Source of the DNA: Parcubacteria group bacterium GW2011_GWA2_42_14
GTDB taxonomy: Bacteria > Patescibacteriota > Minisyncoccia > Sungbacterales > GWA2-42-14
DNA length: 64,000 bases
Assembly (NCBI GenBank): GCA_000998135.1
Contig: LCCV01000011.1
Location: 4,132 to 68,131, forward strand
Direction of reading: 5' to 3'
Every line of letters starts with the position of its first letter. Position 1 is the first letter of the stretch. This document shows, in pieces, positions 29,927 to 39,973 of the stretch. Under the pieces are notes generated by a model, which worked only from the letters and a program-made list of their open reading frames with translations, was not told the DNA's origin and searched no databases. Made by a program: the position numbers and the translations under genes.

Positions 29927-30331
29927 ATGTTACAGCCTAAAAAAGTAAAACATAGAAAGTGGCAAAAGCGTCCTAAATTCGGTACTGAAACCCGCGGAAC
30001 GGAGTTGGCTTTTGGCTCCTTCGGCCTTAAAGCAGAAGAAACAAGATGGATTACCGCTCGCCAAATTGAAGCGGCTAGAAAAGCTATGACCCGTTATATT
30101 GAGCGAGGCGGAAAGGTTTGGATACGTATTTTTCCCGATAAGCCGGTAACCAAAAAGGCGGCGGAAATGACACTTGGCGGCGGCAAAGGAAATGTGGACC
30201 ATTATGTTTTTCCGGTTCGTCCCGGCAGAATTCTTTTTGAAATGGACGGTATTACCGAAGAAGTTGCCAAAGAAGCAATGCGGCTGGCAGGCCATAAGCT
30301 GCCGATTAAGACAAGATTTGTGAAGAAATAA
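29927..30331 (+). CDS. rplP: 50S ribosomal protein L16
   Basis: [24 protein letters not shown]. Confidence 0.97.
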   Translation: MLQPKKVKHRKWQKRPKFGTETRGTELAFGSFGLKAEETRWITARQIEAARKAMTRYIERGGKVWIRIFPDKPVTKKAAEMTLGGGKGNVDHYVFPVRPGRILFEMDGITEEVAKEAMRLAGHKLPIKTRFVKK

Positions 30332-30415
30332 TCGCCAATCAATCTCGAATTTATTTTCGAATTATCGCTAATCTGATTATTCGAGATAATTCTGGAAGAC
30401 ATTAGTGAATGATTC
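30332..30415. repeat. Junction hairpin family E (CGAAT/ATTCG units), rplP-rpmC
   Basis: Related to 31412, 31803, 36559 and 42573. Confidence 0.65.
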
Positions 30416-30595
30416 ATGAAAGCCATCGAATTAAGCCAAAAACCCAAAGAAGAATTACAAAAACTTTTGAAAGAAAAGCGGAAACGCCTTGAGGAATTGA
30501 GATTTTTATCTTCTCAAGGAAAGGTTAAAAATGTGAAAGAGATGTCGGTAGTTAAAAAAGATATAGCCCGTATATTAACTTTGTTAAGGAAGTAG
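30416..30595 (+). CDS. rpmC: 50S ribosomal protein L29
   Basis: 59 aa, below the ORF-track cutoff: MKAIELSQK...LRF...KKDIARILT. Confidence 0.92.
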   Translation: MKAIELSQKPKEELQKLLKEKRKRLEELRFLSSQGKVKNVKEMSVVKKDIARILTLLRK

Positions 30596-30678
30596 AAGCA
30601 GAACTACGCGATAAGTACGCAGAAACATGCTGAAATCAGCGTTAATCAGCGTACTCAATCAGCGTCAATCGGCTTCTA
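30593..30678. repeat. ACGC-unit junction hairpin, rpmC-rpsQ
   Basis: TAGAAGCAGAACTACGC...GCGTCAATCGGCTTCTA; its TAG is the rpmC stop. Confidence 0.8.
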
Positions 30679-30682
30679 AAAC

Positions 30683-30958
30683 ATGAGAAAATTAAAAGGC
30701 ACAATTATATCCAACAAAATGGCCAAAACTGTAGTGGTTCGAGTTGATAGTCTTAAAAAACATGAAAAATATCAGAAATTTTATAAGGTATCTAAGAAAT
30801 ATAAGGTTCATGATGATAAGGGTGAATATAAAGCCGGAGACATAGTAATGATTCAGGAAACAAGGCCGTTTTCAAAAGAAAAGAGGTGGAAAGTATCGGA
30901 GTTGGTTAAAAGGGCACAAGTGGCCGAACCCGAAGCTGAAAATGAAATAGCCGGTTAA
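30683..30958 (+). CDS. rpsQ: 30S ribosomal protein S17
   Basis: KMAKTVVV, HD, ETRPFSKEKRW. Confidence 0.96.
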   Translation: MRKLKGTIISNKMAKTVVVRVDSLKKHEKYQKFYKVSKKYKVHDDKGEYKAGDIVMIQETRPFSKEKRWKVSELVKRAQVAEPEAENEIAG

Positions 30959-31033
30959 GCGGGTTAAGTGAATTAAGTTAATTAAGCTTAACCTGCTTAA
31001 CTCGCTTAATTCACTTAATAAGTTAAAGAAGTA
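30959..31033. repeat. Junction hairpin of TTAAG/CTTAA units, rpsQ-rplN
   Basis: TTAAGTGAATTAAG...CTTAATTCACTTAA. Confidence 0.75.
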
Positions 31034-31411
31034 ATGATTCAAACACGTTCCATGTTAAAGGTAGCCGACAATACCGGCGCAAAACTTGTGCAGGTTATTA
31101 AGGTTTTGGGAGGAACCCGCAGGCGTTATGCTGCCCTGGGTGATGTTATTGTTGCTTCTGTTAAAATTGCCGAGCCGAGAAAAATGGTAAAGAAGAAAGA
31201 AGTGATAAGGGGGGTTATCGTTCGTCAGCGCTATCCCCAAAGACGTCAGGATGGTTCTTATATTCGTTTTGATGATAACGCTGTTGTTTTGGTTGAAAAA
31301 ACCAAAGAAGGTTGGGTGCCGAGAGGCGGTAGAATATTTGGACCGGTGGCGAGAGAATTGAGAGATAAGGGGTATATGAAAATTATTTCATTGGCTCCGG
31401 AAGTGGTATAG
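31034..31411 (+). CDS. rplN: 50S ribosomal protein L14
   Basis: [23 protein letters not shown]. Confidence 0.98.
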   Translation: MIQTRSMLKVADNTGAKLVQVIKVLGGTRRRYAALGDVIVASVKIAEPRKMVKKKEVIRGVIVRQRYPQRRQDGSYIRFDDNAVVLVEKTKEGWVPRGGRIFGPVARELRDKGYMKIISLAPEVV

Positions 31412-31493
31412 ATAACCACGAATTAGTCTCGAATAATTCACGAATAACACAAATTCGTGAAATTCGTTAAATAATTTGTGCGTAATTAGTGGT
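31412..31493. repeat. Junction hairpin family E, rplN-rplX
   Basis: ACCACGAATTA...TAATTAGTGGT. Confidence 0.7.
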
Positions 31494-31802
31494 ATGAAAG
31501 TAAAGAAAGGCGACAATGTAAAAGTAATATCCGGTAAAGACCGCGGCAAGACCGCTAAGGTTATTAAAGTTTTTCCGAAAGAGGACAGGATTTTGGTTGA
31601 GGGCGTGAATATGAGAAAAAAGCATAGAAAACCAAGGCAGCAGGGCAAAAAAGGAGAGATTATAAATTTGCCGGCGCCAATGCATGTTTCCAACGTGATG
31701 CTGGTTTGCCCGAAGTGCAATCAGCCGACAAGGGTTGGATATGAAAAAAAGGACTCCGGACAAAAGTCCAGAGTATGTAAGAAATGCGGGGGAGAAATTT
31801 AA
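31494..31802 (+). CDS. rplX: 50S ribosomal protein L24
   Basis: [21 protein letters not shown]. Confidence 0.96.
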   Translation: MKVKKGDNVKVISGKDRGKTAKVIKVFPKEDRILVEGVNMRKKHRKPRQQGKKGEIINLPAPMHVSNVMLVCPKCNQPTRVGYEKKDSGQKSRVCKKCGGEI

Positions 31803-31877
31803 AAAAGTAATCGCGAATCAATCATGAATCTATTCGCGAATATTCGCGAATAAAAAATTAGAGATTGATTAGAAAAA
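31803..31877. repeat. Junction hairpin family E (empty form), rplX-rplE
   Basis: ATTCGCGAAT|ATTCGCGAAT..TTAGAGATTGATTAG. Confidence 0.7.
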
Positions 31878-32411
31878 GTGACCTTACAGGAAAAATATAA
31901 AAAAGAAGTTGTGCCAAAAATGATGGCTAAATTCGGATGGAAAAATTCTATGCGGGTTCCTAAAATTTTGAAAGTGGTTGTCAATACCGGCGTGGGAAAA
32001 ATTAAAGATGAAAAACAATTGCAGGAAATTGTTAAAATGCTGACCTTGATTACCGGCCAGAAACCGGCTTGGCGGCCGGCTAAAAAAGCCATTTCATCTT
32101 TTAAGACGCGAATAGGGCAGTTGGTCGGCTATACAGTAACGCTTCGCGGAAAGAGGATGTATGATTTTATCGGGCGATTGATAAATATAGCGCTTCCGCG
32201 AGAGCGCGATTTTAGGGGGCTTGATTCCAAATCTTTCGACAGAAACGGCAACTTGACAATAGGTGTTAAGGAGCATATTGTATTTCCAGAGATAATCGGA
32301 GAGGATTATAAGTTTTTGTTCGGATTGGAAGTTACTGTGGTTAACAATGCCCAAAAAAGAGAAGAGGGGATTGAGTTGTTGAGGATGATGGGATTCCCTA
32401 TTAAACCATAA
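31878..32411 (+). CDS. rplE: 50S ribosomal protein L5 (GTG start)
   Basis: ITGQKP, VTLRG, RDFRG, FPEI. Confidence 0.97.
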   Translation: MTLQEKYKKEVVPKMMAKFGWKNSMRVPKILKVVVNTGVGKIKDEKQLQEIVKMLTLITGQKPAWRPAKKAISSFKTRIGQLVGYTVTLRGKRMYDFIGRLINIALPRERDFRGLDSKSFDRNGNLTIGVKEHIVFPEIIGEDYKFLFGLEVTVVNNAQKREEGIELLRMMGFPIKP

Positions 32412-32484
32412 AACTTATAACATGAAACATGAAACATGAAATCGAATAAATGATTCATGATTCATGGTTCATGGTTCATGAGAA
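32412..32484. repeat. Junction hairpin family A' (CATGAAA/TTCATG)
   Basis: Heptamer arms; homolog at 33133. Confidence 0.8.
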
Positions 32485-32670
32485 ATGGCTAAGCAATCTG
32501 TAATAGCGCGTTCAATAAAAAAACCCAAATTTAAATCACGGGTGGTGAGACGCTGTTTTCGTTGCGGCAGGAAAAGAGGATATATGAGGGATTTTGATTT
32601 ATGCAGGATTTGTTTTCGCGAATTGGCGAACAAGGGAGAAATACCGGGAGTAACGAAGTCGTCGTGGTAG
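32485..32670 (+). CDS. rpsZ: 30S ribosomal protein S14 type Z
   Basis: [24 protein letters not shown]. Confidence 0.97.
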   Translation: MAKQSVIARSIKKPKFKSRVVRRCFRCGRKRGYMRDFDLCRICFRELANKGEIPGVTKSSW

Positions 32671-32745
32671 TCGCGACAAGAGACAAGAGACAAGAGACAA
32701 GGAATTTATTTCCATGTCACATGTCACATGTCACATGTCACAAGG
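32671..32745. repeat. Junction hairpin family A, rpsZ-rpsH
   Basis: (GACAAGA)n / (CATGTCA)4. Confidence 0.85.
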
Positions 32746-33132
32746 GTGGATAACATAGCAAACATGCTAACTAAAATAAGGAACTCTTATAAGGCCGGAC
32801 ACAAAACGGTTGATGTTTCTTTTTCCAGAATCAATGGTGAAATTGCGGATATTCTTAAAAAAAATAAATTTATAGATGATTTTGAAAAAAGAGGAAAAAA
32901 GATAAAAAAACATTTGGAATTGGCGCTTAGTTACAAAGAAAAAATTCCGGCTATTGAAGAAATTAAAAGAATATCGAAACCGGGCAAAAAGGTTTATATA
33001 GGGAAAAATGATTTGTATTCAGTAAAGCACGGTTATGGAATTGCGATTATCTCCACTTCCAAAGGTGTTATGACCAATAAAGAAGCAAAAAAGCATGGGG
33101 TTGGAGGAGAGGTAATAGCGGAAGTGTGGTAG
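32746..33132 (+). CDS. rpsH: 30S ribosomal protein S8 (GTG start)
   Basis: D.IANMLTKIRN, RISKPG, STSKG, GGEV. Confidence 0.97.
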   Translation: MDNIANMLTKIRNSYKAGHKTVDVSFSRINGEIADILKKNKFIDDFEKRGKKIKKHLELALSYKEKIPAIEEIKRISKPGKKVYIGKNDLYSVKHGYGIAIISTSKGVMTNKEAKKHGVGGEVIAEVW

Positions 33133-33208
33133 TTTATTTATCGTGAAACATGAAACATGGAACATAAAGCAAGGTTAACCATGATTCATGCTTCATGATT
33201 TATGATTC
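33133..33208. repeat. Junction hairpin family A', rpsH-rplF
   Basis: CATGAAA/TTCATG arms; the last CATG supplies the rplF ATG. Confidence 0.75.
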
Positions 33209-33754
33209 ATGAGTAGGATAGGTAAAAAACCAATTCAGCTTCCTGAAGGTGTTTCCGTTAAAAAAGACGGAGATGTTTTAGTTGTTAATGGTCCCAAAGG
33301 GGAACTGAAAAGAAAGTTGATTCCTGATATTGATGTTGAAATGCGGGATAAAGTTTTTTTGGTTAAATTGGTTGGTAAGAGTAAAAAGGGGCCCGCGTTT
33401 TGGGGCTTGTACCGCGCTTTGGCGCAAAATATGGTTCAGGGCGTTAAAGACGGATTTTATAAAAAACTTGAGATTGAAGGTATCGGGTTTAAGGTATTGC
33501 AGGAAGGACAAAACTTAGTTTTTTCTTTAGGGCTTTCGCATCCGGTTAAGTTTGAAGCGCCGCCCGGAATTCAGTTTAAAGTTGAAAAGAATGTTGTTAT
33601 GGTTTCCGGAATTGATAAAGAGCTGGTTGGCGATACGGCCGCGCGTATTCGAAAATTAAAAGAACCCGAACCCTATAAGGGCAAAGGAATCCATTATGCC
33701 GGGGAAGTTATTAGAAGAAAGGCGGGAAAGAAGGCGGTTGCCGCTACCGCTTAA
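33209..33754 (+). CDS. rplF: 50S ribosomal protein L6
   Basis: MSRIGK, GPKGEL, PEPYKGKGI. Confidence 0.98.
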   Translation: MSRIGKKPIQLPEGVSVKKDGDVLVVNGPKGELKRKLIPDIDVEMRDKVFLVKLVGKSKKGPAFWGLYRALAQNMVQGVKDGFYKKLEIEGIGFKVLQEGQNLVFSLGLSHPVKFEAPPGIQFKVEKNVVMVSGIDKELVGDTAARIRKLKEPEPYKGKGIHYAGEVIRRKAGKKAVAATA

Positions 33755-33850
33755 GGCGACTCCAATATGCGAATGCCATTCGAATGACTCTAATAATACA
33801 AAATTTATTCGAGTCATTCGAGTGAATTAGAGTATTAGAGTCGCTATAAA
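33755..33850. repeat. Junction hairpin family C, rplF-rplR
   Basis: GCGACTC...GAGTCGC. Confidence 0.8.
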
Positions 33851-34237
33851 ATGAACAGGTTTAAATCAAAAAGAGAAAAACGGATTAGGCGGCATAATAG
33901 GGTAAGGGCTAAAATTGTCGGTACTCAAGAAAAACCCAGGTTTTCTGTTTTTCGTTCAAACAAGCATCTTTTTGCGCAATTGATTGATGATGTTTCCGGA
34001 AAAACTTTGGCGAGTTTCTCAAGTATGAAGTTAGGAAAAAATAAGAAAGTTAAAAGCGCAAAGAAGGAAGAAAAAATTAATGATGGCGGACGCGCTGAAA
34101 AAATCGGAACCGCTTTGGCCGAGAAAGCGTTGTACCAAGGGTTGAAAAAAGTTGTTTTTGACAGGGGCGGTTATGCGTATCACGGCAATATTAAGAAGTT
34201 GGCGGATGCGGCAAGAAAAGGCGGCCTTAAGTTTTAA
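33851..34237 (+). CDS. rplR: 50S ribosomal protein L18
   Basis: [17 protein letters not shown]. Confidence 0.97.
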   Translation: MNRFKSKREKRIRRHNRVRAKIVGTQEKPRFSVFRSNKHLFAQLIDDVSGKTLASFSSMKLGKNKKVKSAKKEEKINDGGRAEKIGTALAEKALYQGLKKVVFDRGGYAYHGNIKKLADAARKGGLKF

Positions 34238-34306
34238 TCAACAACTAATTACTAACAACTAACAACACGTGTTGTGGGTTGTGGGTTGTGGGTTGTAAGT
34301 TAATTA
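34238..34306. repeat. Junction hairpin family B, rplR-rpsE
   Basis: (CAACTAA)n CACGTG (TTGTGGG)n. Confidence 0.8.
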
Positions 34307-34756
34307 GTGAGACCAAGAAAAGAAAAATCAGAATATGACCAAAAAGTTCTTGATATAAGGCGTGTAGCTCGCGTGGTTCAAGGCGGGCGCCGTTTTAGTT
34401 TTCGGGCAACGGTAGTTGTCGGTAATAAAAAGGGTAAAGTCGGGGTGGGAGTGGCAAAGGGTCCGGATGTTTCCACGGCGGTGGAGAAAGCCGTGTATCA
34501 GGCCAAAAAGAGTTTTGTTATAGTGCCTATTACCAAGGGCGGCAGTATTCCTTATGATGTTTCTGCAAAATATTCTGCTTCCATAGTGAAGTTGATGCCG
34601 GCAAGTATCGGCGCCGGAATAATTGCCGGGGGTGCCGTAAGAACTGTAGCTGATTTGGCCGGAATTAAAAATATGTCGTCAAAGATTCTTTCACGTTCTC
34701 CCAATAAGTTGAATAATGCCATGGCCGTGATGGAAGCGCTTAAGAAACTAAAATAG
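34307..34756 (+). CDS. rpsE: 30S ribosomal protein S5 (GTG start)
   Basis: RVARVVQGGRRFSF, GIIAGG. Confidence 0.97.
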   Translation: MRPRKEKSEYDQKVLDIRRVARVVQGGRRFSFRATVVVGNKKGKVGVGVAKGPDVSTAVEKAVYQAKKSFVIVPITKGGSIPYDVSAKYSASIVKLMPASIGAGIIAGGAVRTVADLAGIKNMSSKILSRSPNKLNNAMAVMEALKKLK

Positions 34757-34823
34757 CGGCAAGAGACAAGGGACAAGAGACATGGATTTCCATGTCACAT
34801 GTCACATGTCACATGTCACATGT
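34757..34823. repeat. Junction hairpin family A, rpsE-rplO (no rpmD here)
   Basis: (GACAAGR)n / (CATGTCA)4. Confidence 0.85.
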
Positions 34824-35258
34824 GTGCAATTACACCTTCTACAACCTAAAACCCATTTTAGAAAATCACGCAGAATCGGTCGTGGCGGAAAACGCGGCAC
34901 CACTTCGGGAAGAGGGACCAAGGGGCAAAAAGCAAGAGCCGGACATAAAATAAGGCCGGCTATTCGCGATATCATAAAAAAAATTCCCAAAAAACGGGGC
35001 TTTAAATTCAAATCATTCAGGACGAAACCGGTTGTTTTTAATTTAGCTGTTTTAGACAAGCATTTTAAAGAAGGCGATACCGTATCTTCGGAAATTTTGG
35101 TAAAAAAGGGATTAATTGATAAGATAAAGGGAAGAATGCCTAAGGTAAAAATTCTTGGCGGCGGAGAATTAAAAAAGAAACTGGTTTTTAAAGATGTTGA
35201 GTTTTCAAATTCCGTAGAAGCAAAATTAAACGCCAAAGCGGCGTCTAACATGGCGTAA
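34824..35258 (+). CDS. rplO: 50S ribosomal protein L15 (GTG start)
   Basis: RIGRGG, GRGTKGQKAR, KILGGG. Confidence 0.95.
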   Translation: MQLHLLQPKTHFRKSRRIGRGGKRGTTSGRGTKGQKARAGHKIRPAIRDIIKKIPKKRGFKFKSFRTKPVVFNLAVLDKHFKEGDTVSSEILVKKGLIDKIKGRMPKVKILGGGELKKKLVFKDVEFSNSVEAKLNAKAASNMA

Positions 35259-35292
35259 TAAGTTGGCGTTTAGCATGCTTCTAAATTTATAA

Positions 35293-36558
35293 ATGTATCA
35301 AAGATTATTACAAATCTTAAAAATTTCCGATCTTCGAAAGAAGATTTTGTTCGTATTGCTTATGCTTGCGATATTCCGCGTGGCCGCGGCCATACCTGTT
35401 CCCGGAGTTGATAAAGAAGCGCTTAGAAGTTTTTTATCCGGCAACCAGTTTTTCGGGCTTTTGAACATATTTTCAGGAGGGGTTTTGGATAATCTTTCCA
35501 TTGCCATGCTCGGAGTCGGCCCTTACATTACCGCTTCAATTATCATGCAGTTATTAGGAATGATTTTTCCGCGCCTGAAAGAAATGCAGCAGGAAGAAGG
35601 AGAAGCTGGCCGTCAGAAAATTAACCAATACTCGCGTCTTCTAACTTTGCCTTTGGGGCTTTTACAGGCCTATGGCCTTCTGGTTATTTTAGTGCGCCAG
35701 GGGGTTTTGCCGAGTTTGGGACTTTTTGGTTTTGTTACCAGTATGATTGTAGTAACCGCGGGAACAGTTTTTTTGATGTGGCTTGGGGAATTGATAAGCG
35801 AAAAAGGAATCGGCAACGGGATTTCTCTTATGATTTTTGCAGGTATCGTATCCCGTCTGCCGGTGGATTTCGGGCAGGCCTTTTTTTCTTTCACCCCGGA
35901 CCAGCTTCCGATTTATCTTGTATTCGGCGCAATAGCTCTTGTGGTAATTGCCGGAGTTGTGTATATAACCGAAGCGCAAAGAAATATTCCCGTATCTTAT
36001 GCTAAAAAAATCAGGGGAAACCGCGTTTACGGCGGTGTCTCTACCCATCTTCCTCTTCGGGTAAATCAAGCCGGAGTTATTCCTATTATTTTTGCCGTTT
36101 CCATAATTTTATTTCCGGGCCTTATCGGAAGTTTTCTCGCGGGCGTGCCCAATGATACGGTTCGCGCCTTTTCCACTTTTTTAATAACTTTTTTCAATAA
36201 CCAATGGATTTACGGCATTGTTTATTTTGTAATGGTTTTTGTTTTTACTTATTTTTACACGGCAGTCACCTTTGACCCCAAAGCTATTGCTGATAATGTC
36301 CAAAAGCAGGGCGGTTTTGTTTTAGGAATACGACCGGGCAGACAGACCGCGGAATATTTATACCGTATTATTAACAGAATAACTTTGGTGGGAGCGACCT
36401 TTCTCGGAGTTATGGCGATATTGCCTCTTATAGCCCAGGCGACTTTTGCCATTCAGGCGTTTACCATCGGCGGTACCGCCCTTTTGATAGCCGTATCGGT
36501 TGTCCTTGAAACACTAAAGCAGATTCAATCGCAGATTGTTACTTATGAGTATGAATAA
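35293..36558 (+). CDS. secY: Preprotein translocase SecY
   Basis: LGVGPYITASII, GIGNGISL, AGVIPIIFA, GIRPG, GGTALLI. Confidence 0.98.
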   Translation: MYQRLLQILKISDLRKKILFVLLMLAIFRVAAAIPVPGVDKEALRSFLSGNQFFGLLNIFSGGVLDNLSIAMLGVGPYITASIIMQLLGMIFPRLKEMQQEEGEAGRQKINQYSRLLTLPLGLLQAYGLLVILVRQGVLPSLGLFGFVTSMIVVTAGTVFLMWLGELISEKGIGNGISLMIFAGIVSRLPVDFGQAFFSFTPDQLPIYLVFGAIALVVIAGVVYITEAQRNIPVSYAKKIRGNRVYGGVSTHLPLRVNQAGVIPIIFAVSIILFPGLIGSFLAGVPNDTVRAFSTFLITFFNNQWIYGIVYFVMVFVFTYFYTAVTFDPKAIADNVQKQGGFVLGIRPGRQTAEYLYRIINRITLVGATFLGVMAILPLIAQATFAIQAFTIGGTALLIAVSVVLETLKQIQSQIVTYEYE

Positions 36559-36648
36559 TCACAAATCAATCTCGAATTTTTTCGCGAATGCCTGTGGTGA
36601 GCTCGTCGAACCATTCGCGAAAAAAATTAGCGATTGTTTCGCGAATAG
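36559..36648. repeat. Junction hairpin family E with nested 23-nt GCCTGTGGTGAGCTCGTCGAACC
   Basis: 41 nt (36581-36621) identical to 42596-42636. Confidence 0.8.
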
Positions 36649-37323
36649 GTGATCTTGCCCAAAGTTGTAATCTTTTTCGGCCTTCCCGGTTCCGGCAAAG
36701 GAACCCAAGCCGACGTACTTGCCAAGCACTTCGGTTTTTTTCATTTTGACACCGGCAAAGAAATTGAGAAAACGGTTCATAATCCGGCAAAACGCAAAGA
36801 CCCGGTTATTAAGCGCGAGGCTAAGTTTTTTGATACCGGGTTTTTAAATACTCCTTCCTGGGTTGAAGATATAGTAAAGAAAAGGACCGAAGAATATGCT
36901 GAAGCCGGCCGGAACCTTGTTTTTTCCGGCTCTCCCAGAACCCTGCCCGAGGCCAAAGGGCTTTTCAAGGTTTTTAAAAAACTTTTCGGGCTCAAAAACG
37001 TTTTAATAATCTTTCTTGATATAGATGAGGAAACTTCAATATTTAGAAACAGCCATAGGAGGGTTTGTCACGATTGTCGTATTCCCGTAATCTGGTCTAA
37101 AGAAACCAAAGATTTGACTCATTGCCCTTATTGCGGCGGAAAATTGGTTAAGCGCATCTTGGACAACCCCCAAATTATAAAAGAACGCATCAAGGAATAT
37201 CGTAAAAAATCCGAGCCATCAATGAAGTTTTTGAAAAGCAAAGGAATAAAAATGATTTGCATAGACGGAGAAAAATATCCGGAGGTGGTATCTAAAGACA
37301 TCGCGTCACATTTTAACAAATAA
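36649..37323 (+). CDS. adk: Adenylate kinase family, zinc-LID type (GTG start)
   Basis: GLPGSGKGTQA, SGSPR, CHDC...CPYC. Confidence 0.85.
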   Translation: MILPKVVIFFGLPGSGKGTQADVLAKHFGFFHFDTGKEIEKTVHNPAKRKDPVIKREAKFFDTGFLNTPSWVEDIVKKRTEEYAEAGRNLVFSGSPRTLPEAKGLFKVFKKLFGLKNVLIIFLDIDEETSIFRNSHRRVCHDCRIPVIWSKETKDLTHCPYCGGKLVKRILDNPQIIKERIKEYRKKSEPSMKFLKSKGIKMICIDGEKYPEVVSKDIASHFNK

Positions 37324-37494
37324 ATTAACCTAATTATTCTAATTAACCATGATGAAAATTCACCTAATTCCTAATTACCTAATTCACCTAATAAAATTTC
37401 TAATGTACTAATACTTAATTTAAAATTTTGGAATTTGATTATTTTATTAGAAATTAGGTGAATTAGACAATTAGAAATTATTAAGTACTTTTTC
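37324..37494. repeat. Junction hairpin of CTAAT/ATTAG units
   Basis: CTAATTCACCTAAT...ATTAGGTGAATTAG. Confidence 0.7.
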
Positions 37495-38082
37495 TTGATT
37501 AAACCGAAATTTAAAAATAAAGAATACGTTTTGCTTTTAATTGGCCCTTCTGGTTCCGGAAAAGGTACGCAGGCCGATTTTTTGAAAAAACGGATTCCGC
37601 GCCTGAAAATTATTAGAACCGGACCGATGCTAAAAAAACTTGCCAGGCGTAATACAATAACAGCCGAATTTGTTCTGCCTTATTTAAAAAATGGGTTGCT
37701 TGTTCCGGGGTGGCTTGCCTCGTTCACCTGGATGAAGGTGGTTTTTGAAAGTGTGTTATCCGGAGAAAACTTGCTTTTTGACGGAGCGCCGCGCCAAGTC
37801 AGCGAGGCCCGGCTTCTGGATGAAGTGATGAATTGGCACAAAAAGCCGCTGCCAAGAGCGATATTTTTGGATATAGACCGCAAAGAGTCGCAAAGACGGC
37901 TTTTGTTAAGAGGCCGTTCCGATGATACTAATGAGGCAATTAAGGAACGCCTTAAATTTTATTATAAAAATGTAATTCCAGTAATCAGTTATTTTAAAAA
38001 AAATAAAAGATTAATCAGGGTTAATGGCGAACAGGAGCCGGAGAAAGTGGCGGAAGATATTAGAAAAGCTTTACATATTTAA
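37495..38082 (+). CDS. Adenylate kinase family, short LID-less type (TTG start)
   Basis: GPSGSGKGTQA, DGAPR, RGRSDD. Confidence 0.85.
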   Translation: MIKPKFKNKEYVLLLIGPSGSGKGTQADFLKKRIPRLKIIRTGPMLKKLARRNTITAEFVLPYLKNGLLVPGWLASFTWMKVVFESVLSGENLLFDGAPRQVSEARLLDEVMNWHKKPLPRAIFLDIDRKESQRRLLLRGRSDDTNEAIKERLKFYYKNVIPVISYFKKNKRLIRVNGEQEPEKVAEDIRKALHI

Positions 38083-38210
38083 AAATTCAAAATCCAAAGC
38101 ATCAAATCCCAAATAAATTCAAATTCCAAAATTCAAATTAAGTTTTGCCTTTTGGATATTTGGGTTTTGATATTATTTGGGATTTGGGATTTTGAAATTG
38201 GAATTTTTCG
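38083..38210. repeat. Junction hairpin family G (AAATCCC/TTGGGAT heptamers)
   Basis: Left AAATYCC units, right TTTGGGA units ending at the map ATG. Confidence 0.75.
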
Positions 38211-39062
38211 ATGATTGTTAAAACTCAAGATGAAATAGATACTCTTCGCGAATGCGGGCATCGTCTTGCAAAAATACTTGATAAGGTTGTAAAAGCGGTT
38301 AAGCCCGGAGTAAGCGCTAAAGATTTGGATAGGCTCGCCGAGAGCCTGATTTTGTCGCAAGGAGGAGAGCCGGTATTTAAGGGATATAAAATTAAAGAAG
38401 AAAAAAGAGCTTATCCGGCAAGTTTATGCGTATCAATAAATGATGAGATTGTGCATGGTATTCCCTTGGAAAAGAAGATTATTAAAGAGGGTGATATTGT
38501 GGGGTTGGATATAGGAATGAAGTGGCCTTCGGCTAAAATCCCAAATCCCAAATCCCAAATCCCAAACGACCTTTTTCGTCATTCTGAGGCAGAAGGCCGA
38601 AGAATCTCCGAGGGGCTTATTACCGATATGGCCGTAACCGTAGGCGTAGGAAAAATTTCCCAAGAAGCGGAAAAATTGTTGCGTTCAACGAAAGAATCAT
38701 TGGGCATAGGAATTTCAATTTTAAGGCCGGGAGTAAAACTCGGCGATTTGGGTTTTATAATCCGGAAACATTTAGAGAAAAATAACCTTTCAATTATTCG
38801 GGATTTATGCGGTCACGGCGTAGGAAAAGAGCTTCACGAAGAGCCGATGGTTTTGAATTATGGCAAAAAAGGAACCGGTCTTGAACTTCGCGAAGGAATG
38901 GTTATTGCCATTGAACCAATGGCAAGTTTGGGCGATTGGAAAATTAAAGTTGACTCCGACGGCTGGACAATTCGCACGGCCGATAAGTCGCTTGCCGCCC
39001 ATTTTGAGCACACGGTGGTAATAATTAAAAATGGCGCAGAAGTGTTGACAAAGATAAAATAA
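38211..39062 (+). CDS. map: Methionine aminopeptidase type I with in-frame repeat insert
   Basis: SINDEIVHG, DIG, GHGVG, IEPM, HFEHT. Confidence 0.96.
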   Translation: MIVKTQDEIDTLRECGHRLAKILDKVVKAVKPGVSAKDLDRLAESLILSQGGEPVFKGYKIKEEKRAYPASLCVSINDEIVHGIPLEKKIIKEGDIVGLDIGMKWPSAKIPNPKSQIPNDLFRHSEAEGRRISEGLITDMAVTVGVGKISQEAEKLLRSTKESLGIGISILRPGVKLGDLGFIIRKHLEKNNLSIIRDLCGHGVGKELHEEPMVLNYGKKGTGLELREGMVIAIEPMASLGDWKIKVDSDGWTIRTADKSLAAHFEHTVVIIKNGAEVLTKIK

Positions 39063-39112
39063 AATGATATCTTTGTTTTAAGTCAGTATAAAATCAAGGA
39101 GAAGGGTAAAAA

Positions 39113-39463
39113 ATGAGAATAGAGGGTTTGGGAAAGCGCGCTTTATTTCTTATTCCATCGGTAAAGGTTTATAACCGCAAATATTCAAAAACCCGTCAGA
39201 GTATCGCTCGTACCATTCATAATTTTTTGAACGATACTTTTGGCGGATATACTTGCGCCTCCGGCAATATTTACGGATATTTTACTTCCGAGTCAGCCGA
39301 ATATGATGAATTGAGAGAGTTTAGGGTAGCGTTTAAAGAGGACGAGAAGAAAACCAAAGTTCCCAAGCTTCAGGAGTTCCTTTCAAAAATTTGCGAAGAT
39401 ATCGGTGAAGAGTGTATATATCTTGAGTGCGGTGAAGATGCTATGTTGGTTTATTCAAAGTAG
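39113..39463 (+). CDS. Hypothetical protein
   Basis: 116-aa ORF with SD-like AAGGAG and an upstream TTGACA. Confidence 0.65.
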   Translation: MRIEGLGKRALFLIPSVKVYNRKYSKTRQSIARTIHNFLNDTFGGYTCASGNIYGYFTSESAEYDELREFRVAFKEDEKKTKVPKLQEFLSKICEDIGEECIYLECGEDAMLVYSK

Positions 39464-39522
39464 ATAGTTTGGCTCCTGGCGGGGCTTTTTTCTTTTTTTG
39501 AAATATGTGCGACAATAAATGT

Positions 39523-39909
39523 ATGCGTTATTTAGGCATTGATTACGGTCATAAAAGAATCGGAATTGCTATTTCTGATGAAGGGGGCGTTATGGCTTTT
39601 CCTTTTAGCCGGATTTTGGCGAAAAGCCCGGCTTTTATTGTTAAAGAAATTAAGAAAATAATAAAAAAGAAAAGAATAGAAAAGATTGTCCTTGGCTTGC
39701 CGATTACTTTCGGCGGCCAGGATTCATTGCAGACAAACGCAGTTAAGGAATTTGGCCGATATCTTGGTAAAATGTTACAATTACCGATAGAGTATGAAAA
39801 CGAGATTTTGAGCACAAAGATGGCGGAACGCGGCGGCACCGTCAAACAAAAAATCGATTCATCAGCCGCCGCCATTATTTTGCAGTCATATTTGGATAGA
39901 AACAAGTGA
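39523..39909 (+). CDS. ruvX: YqgF/RuvX pre-16S rRNA nuclease
   Basis: LGIDYG.KRIGIA, VLGLP, IDS.AA.IILQ.YL. Confidence 0.92.
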   Translation: MRYLGIDYGHKRIGIAISDEGGVMAFPFSRILAKSPAFIVKEIKKIIKKKRIEKIVLGLPITFGGQDSLQTNAVKEFGRYLGKMLQLPIEYENEILSTKMAERGGTVKQKIDSSAAAIILQSYLDRNK

Positions 39910-39973
39910 CAAGAAACATGAGACAAGGATGCGTTCCATGTCCATGTCCATGTCCATGTCACATGTCACATGA
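39910..39973. repeat. Junction hairpin family A
   Basis: Ends ATGTCACATGTCACATGA directly before the GTG. Confidence 0.8.

Noticed and set aside
34757-34823. Absence of rpmD (L30) as a novelty
   Set aside because: This is a known CPR-wide trait and was used only as a taxonomic clue.
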